Positions 61,701-64,000 of a stretch of DNA of 64,000 nt are shown here, one piece after another. The stretch's first letter is position 1. The number at the start of each line of letters is the position of its first letter. The stretch is from the human T2T-CHM13v2.0 reference genome, Homo sapiens, in the NCBI RefSeq assembly GCF_009914755.1, contig NC_060945.1. One strand, 5' to 3'. Made by a program: the position numbers and the translations under genes. The notes under the pieces were generated by a model. It was not told the origin of the DNA. It did not search any database and was given only the letters and a program-made list of their open reading frames with translations.

Positions 61701-64000
61701 TTATATACTGTACATAAAATATGAAATTACATCAAATATATATTAGGTACATAAAATATGAAAGTACATCAAATATAGATTATATACTGTACATAAAATA
61801 TCAATGTACCCCAAATATATATTTTATACTCTACATGAAATATCAAAGTTCACAAACCATATATTATATACTGTACATAAAATATCAAAGTACCCAAGGT
61901 ATATATTCTATACTGTACAAAAAATATCAAAGTATCCAAAGCACGTATTATATACTGTATATAAAATATGAAATTACATTAAATATATATTTTATTCTGT
62001 ACATAAAACATCAAAGTACACCAGATATATATTCTATAGTGTACATAAAATATCAAAGTAACCAAACTATACATTATATACTGTACAGAAAATATGAAAT
62101 TACATCAAATATATATTATATTAGGTACATAAAATATGAAAGTACATCAAATATAGATTCTATACTGTACATAAAATATCAAAGTACCCCAAATATATAT
62201 TATATACTCTACATGAAATATCAAAGTTCACAAACTATATATTATATACTGTACATAAAATATCAAAGTACCCAAGGTATATATTCTATACTGTACAAAA
62301 AATATCAAAGTATCCAAAGCATGTATTATATACTGTATATAAAATATGAAAGTACATTAAATATATATTTTATTCTGTACATAAAATATCAAAGTACACC
62401 AGATATATATTCTATAGTGTACATAAAATATCAAAGTACGCAAACTATACATTATATACTGTACATAAAATATGAAATTACATCAAATATATATTAGGTA
62501 CATAAAATATGAAAGTGCATCAAATATAGATTATATACTGTACATAAAATATCAAAGTACCCCAAATATATATTATATACTCTACATGAAATATCAAAGT
62601 TCACAAACTATATATTATAAACTATACATAAAATATCAAGGTACCCAAGGTATATATTCTATACTGTACAAAAAATATCAAAGTACCCAAAGCATGTATT
62701 ATATACTGTACATAAAATATGAAAGTACATCAAATATATATTTTACTCTGTACATAAAATATCAAAGTACACCAGATATATATTCTATAGTGTACATAAA
62801 ATAACAAAGTACACAAACTATAAATTATATACTGTACATAAAATATGAAATTACATCAAATATATATTAGGTACATAAAATATGAAAGTACATCAAATAT
62901 AGATTATATACTGTACATAAAATATCAATGTACCCCAAATATATATTTTATACTCTACATGAAATATCAAAGTTCACAAACCATATATTATATACTGTAC
63001 ATAAAATATCAAAGTACCCAAGGTATGTATTCTATACTATACAAAAAATATCAAAGTACCCAAAGCATGTATTATATACTGTACATAAAATATGAAAGTA
63101 CATCAAATATATATTTTATTCTGTACACAAAATATCAAAGTACACCAGATATATATTTTATAGTGTACATAAAATATCAAAGTACCCAAACTATACATTA
63201 TACACTGTACATAAAATATGAGATTACATCAAATATATATTATATTAGGTACATAAAATATGAAAGTACATCTGATATAGATTATATACTGTACATAAAA
63301 TATCAAAGTACCCCAAATATATATTATATACTCTACATGAAATATCAAAGTTCACAAACTATATATTATATACAGTACATAAAATATCAAAGTACCCAAG
63401 GTATATATTCTATACTGTACAAAAAATATCAAAGTACCCAAAGCATGTATTATATACTGTATATAAAATATGAAAATACATTAAATATATATTTTATTCT
63501 GTACATGAAATATAAAGGTACACCAGATATATATTCTATAGTGTACATAAAATAACAAAGTACACAAACTATAAATTATATACTGTACGTAAAATATGAA
63601 ATTACATCAAATATATATTAGGTACATAAAATATGAAAGTACATCAAATATAGATTATATACTGTACATATAATATCAATGTACCCCAAATATATATTTT
63701 ATACTCTACATGAAATATCAAAGTTCACAAACCATACATTATATACTGTACATAAAAAATCAAAGTACCCAAGGTATATATTCTATAGTGTACAAAAAAT
63801 ATCAAAGTACCCAAAGCATGTATTATATACTGTACATAAAATATGAAAGTACATCAAATATATATTTTATTCTGTACATAAAATATCAAAGTCCACCAGA
63901 TATATATTCTATAGTGTACATAAAATATCAAAGTACCCAAACTATACATTATATACTGTACATAAAATATGAAATTACATCAAATATATATTAGGTACAT
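55550..64000 (+). repeat. Duplication with 4989-bp offset running off the window end
   Basis: ORF pairs 55483/60472, 56100/61089, 56732/61721, 57483/62472, 57856/62845 and 58721/63710 are all offset by 4989. Shared variants: GAAAGTGCATC, ATACAGTACA, GTCCACCAG. Confidence 0.9.

Larger units (their letters stand above)
1035..64000 (+). repeat. HSat1A (SAR / classical Satellite I) 42-bp AT-rich satellite array with 378-bp 9-monomer higher-order unit
   Basis: The monomer is approximately ACATAAAATAT(C/G)AAAGT (17 bp) + ACCCAAANTATATATTATATACTGT (25 bp), delimited by GTAC sites. Nine distinguishable monomers recur in fixed order; the ORF track shows a 126-codon cycle (MKYQSSQT/STQG/STQSM/ESTSNIYF/STP(D/N)/STQTIH/EITS..IRY/ESTSNID/STPNIYY) = 378 bp. 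By length this is about 1500 monomers or about 167 units. One orientation throughout; no insertions of foreign DNA seen. Confidence 0.95.
29300..64000 (+). repeat. HSat1A variant layer 3 (monomer 5 = CCAGATATATATTCTATAGTG; mixed 378/373-bp units)
   Basis: From ~29317 CCAGAT returns with TTCTATAGTG. The linked haplotype AAATAACAAAGTACACAAACTATAAATT + 5-bp deletion + CAATGTACCCC + ACTCTACATG + CAAACCATA is common. By eye this is the most homogeneous layer. Confidence 0.8.

Noticed and set aside
2642-63994. Many long IKYQST/YYILY ORFs as repeat proteins
   Set aside because: They result from the 42-bp period. They are broken arbitrarily by 1-bp and 5-bp indels and stops, and show no unique domains or gene structure.
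1035-64000. CRISPR-like array (conserved 17-bp repeat with variable 25-bp segment)
   Set aside because: The variable segments are homologous to each other and recur every nine monomers. There are no unique spacers, leader or cas genes.
1035-64000. TATA boxes, poly(A) signals and short palindromes (TGTACA, ATATAT) as regulatory sites or hairpins
   Set aside because: These are expected in very AT-rich repeat DNA and have no supporting context.
1035-64000. HSat1B/DYZ2, alpha satellite or embedded Alu/L1
   Set aside because: I saw no ~2.4-kb Alu-containing unit, no 171-bp monomer or CENP-B box, and no GC-rich or poly(A)-tailed insert.

Overview
The window is entirely tandem satellite DNA with no credible gene, RNA gene, transposon or CRISPR array. 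Bases 1-~1034 are a diverged (GGAAT)n array with AATCAACCCGAG-type interruptions, typical of human/hominid Satellite 3 (HSat3). At ~1035 it switches abruptly to an AT-rich 42-bp satellite that runs to the end in one orientation. Its 17+25-bp GTAC-delimited monomers and 378-bp 9-mer match HSat1A (SAR/classical Satellite I). HSat3 next to HSat1A suggests an acrocentric short-arm or pericentromeric location (inference). All long ORFs are artefacts of repeat periodicity. The interest lies in the array architecture: an edge layer with a ~752-bp (about 18-monomer) period, three successive variant layers, a 373-bp unit variant, nested kb-scale duplications (offsets 1129, 2590, 4501, 4989, 6359, ~8300, 11127, 13216, ~19427 bp), independent slippage of the 17-bp and 25-bp sub-units, and recurrent 3- and 4-monomer register slips. 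A speculative idea is that the array is a dense TCF/LEF-motif platform adjoining a TEAD-motif platform. Offsets come from matching ORF-track entries plus spot-checked variants by eye, not from a computed alignment. I found no evidence for a novel protein-coding system.
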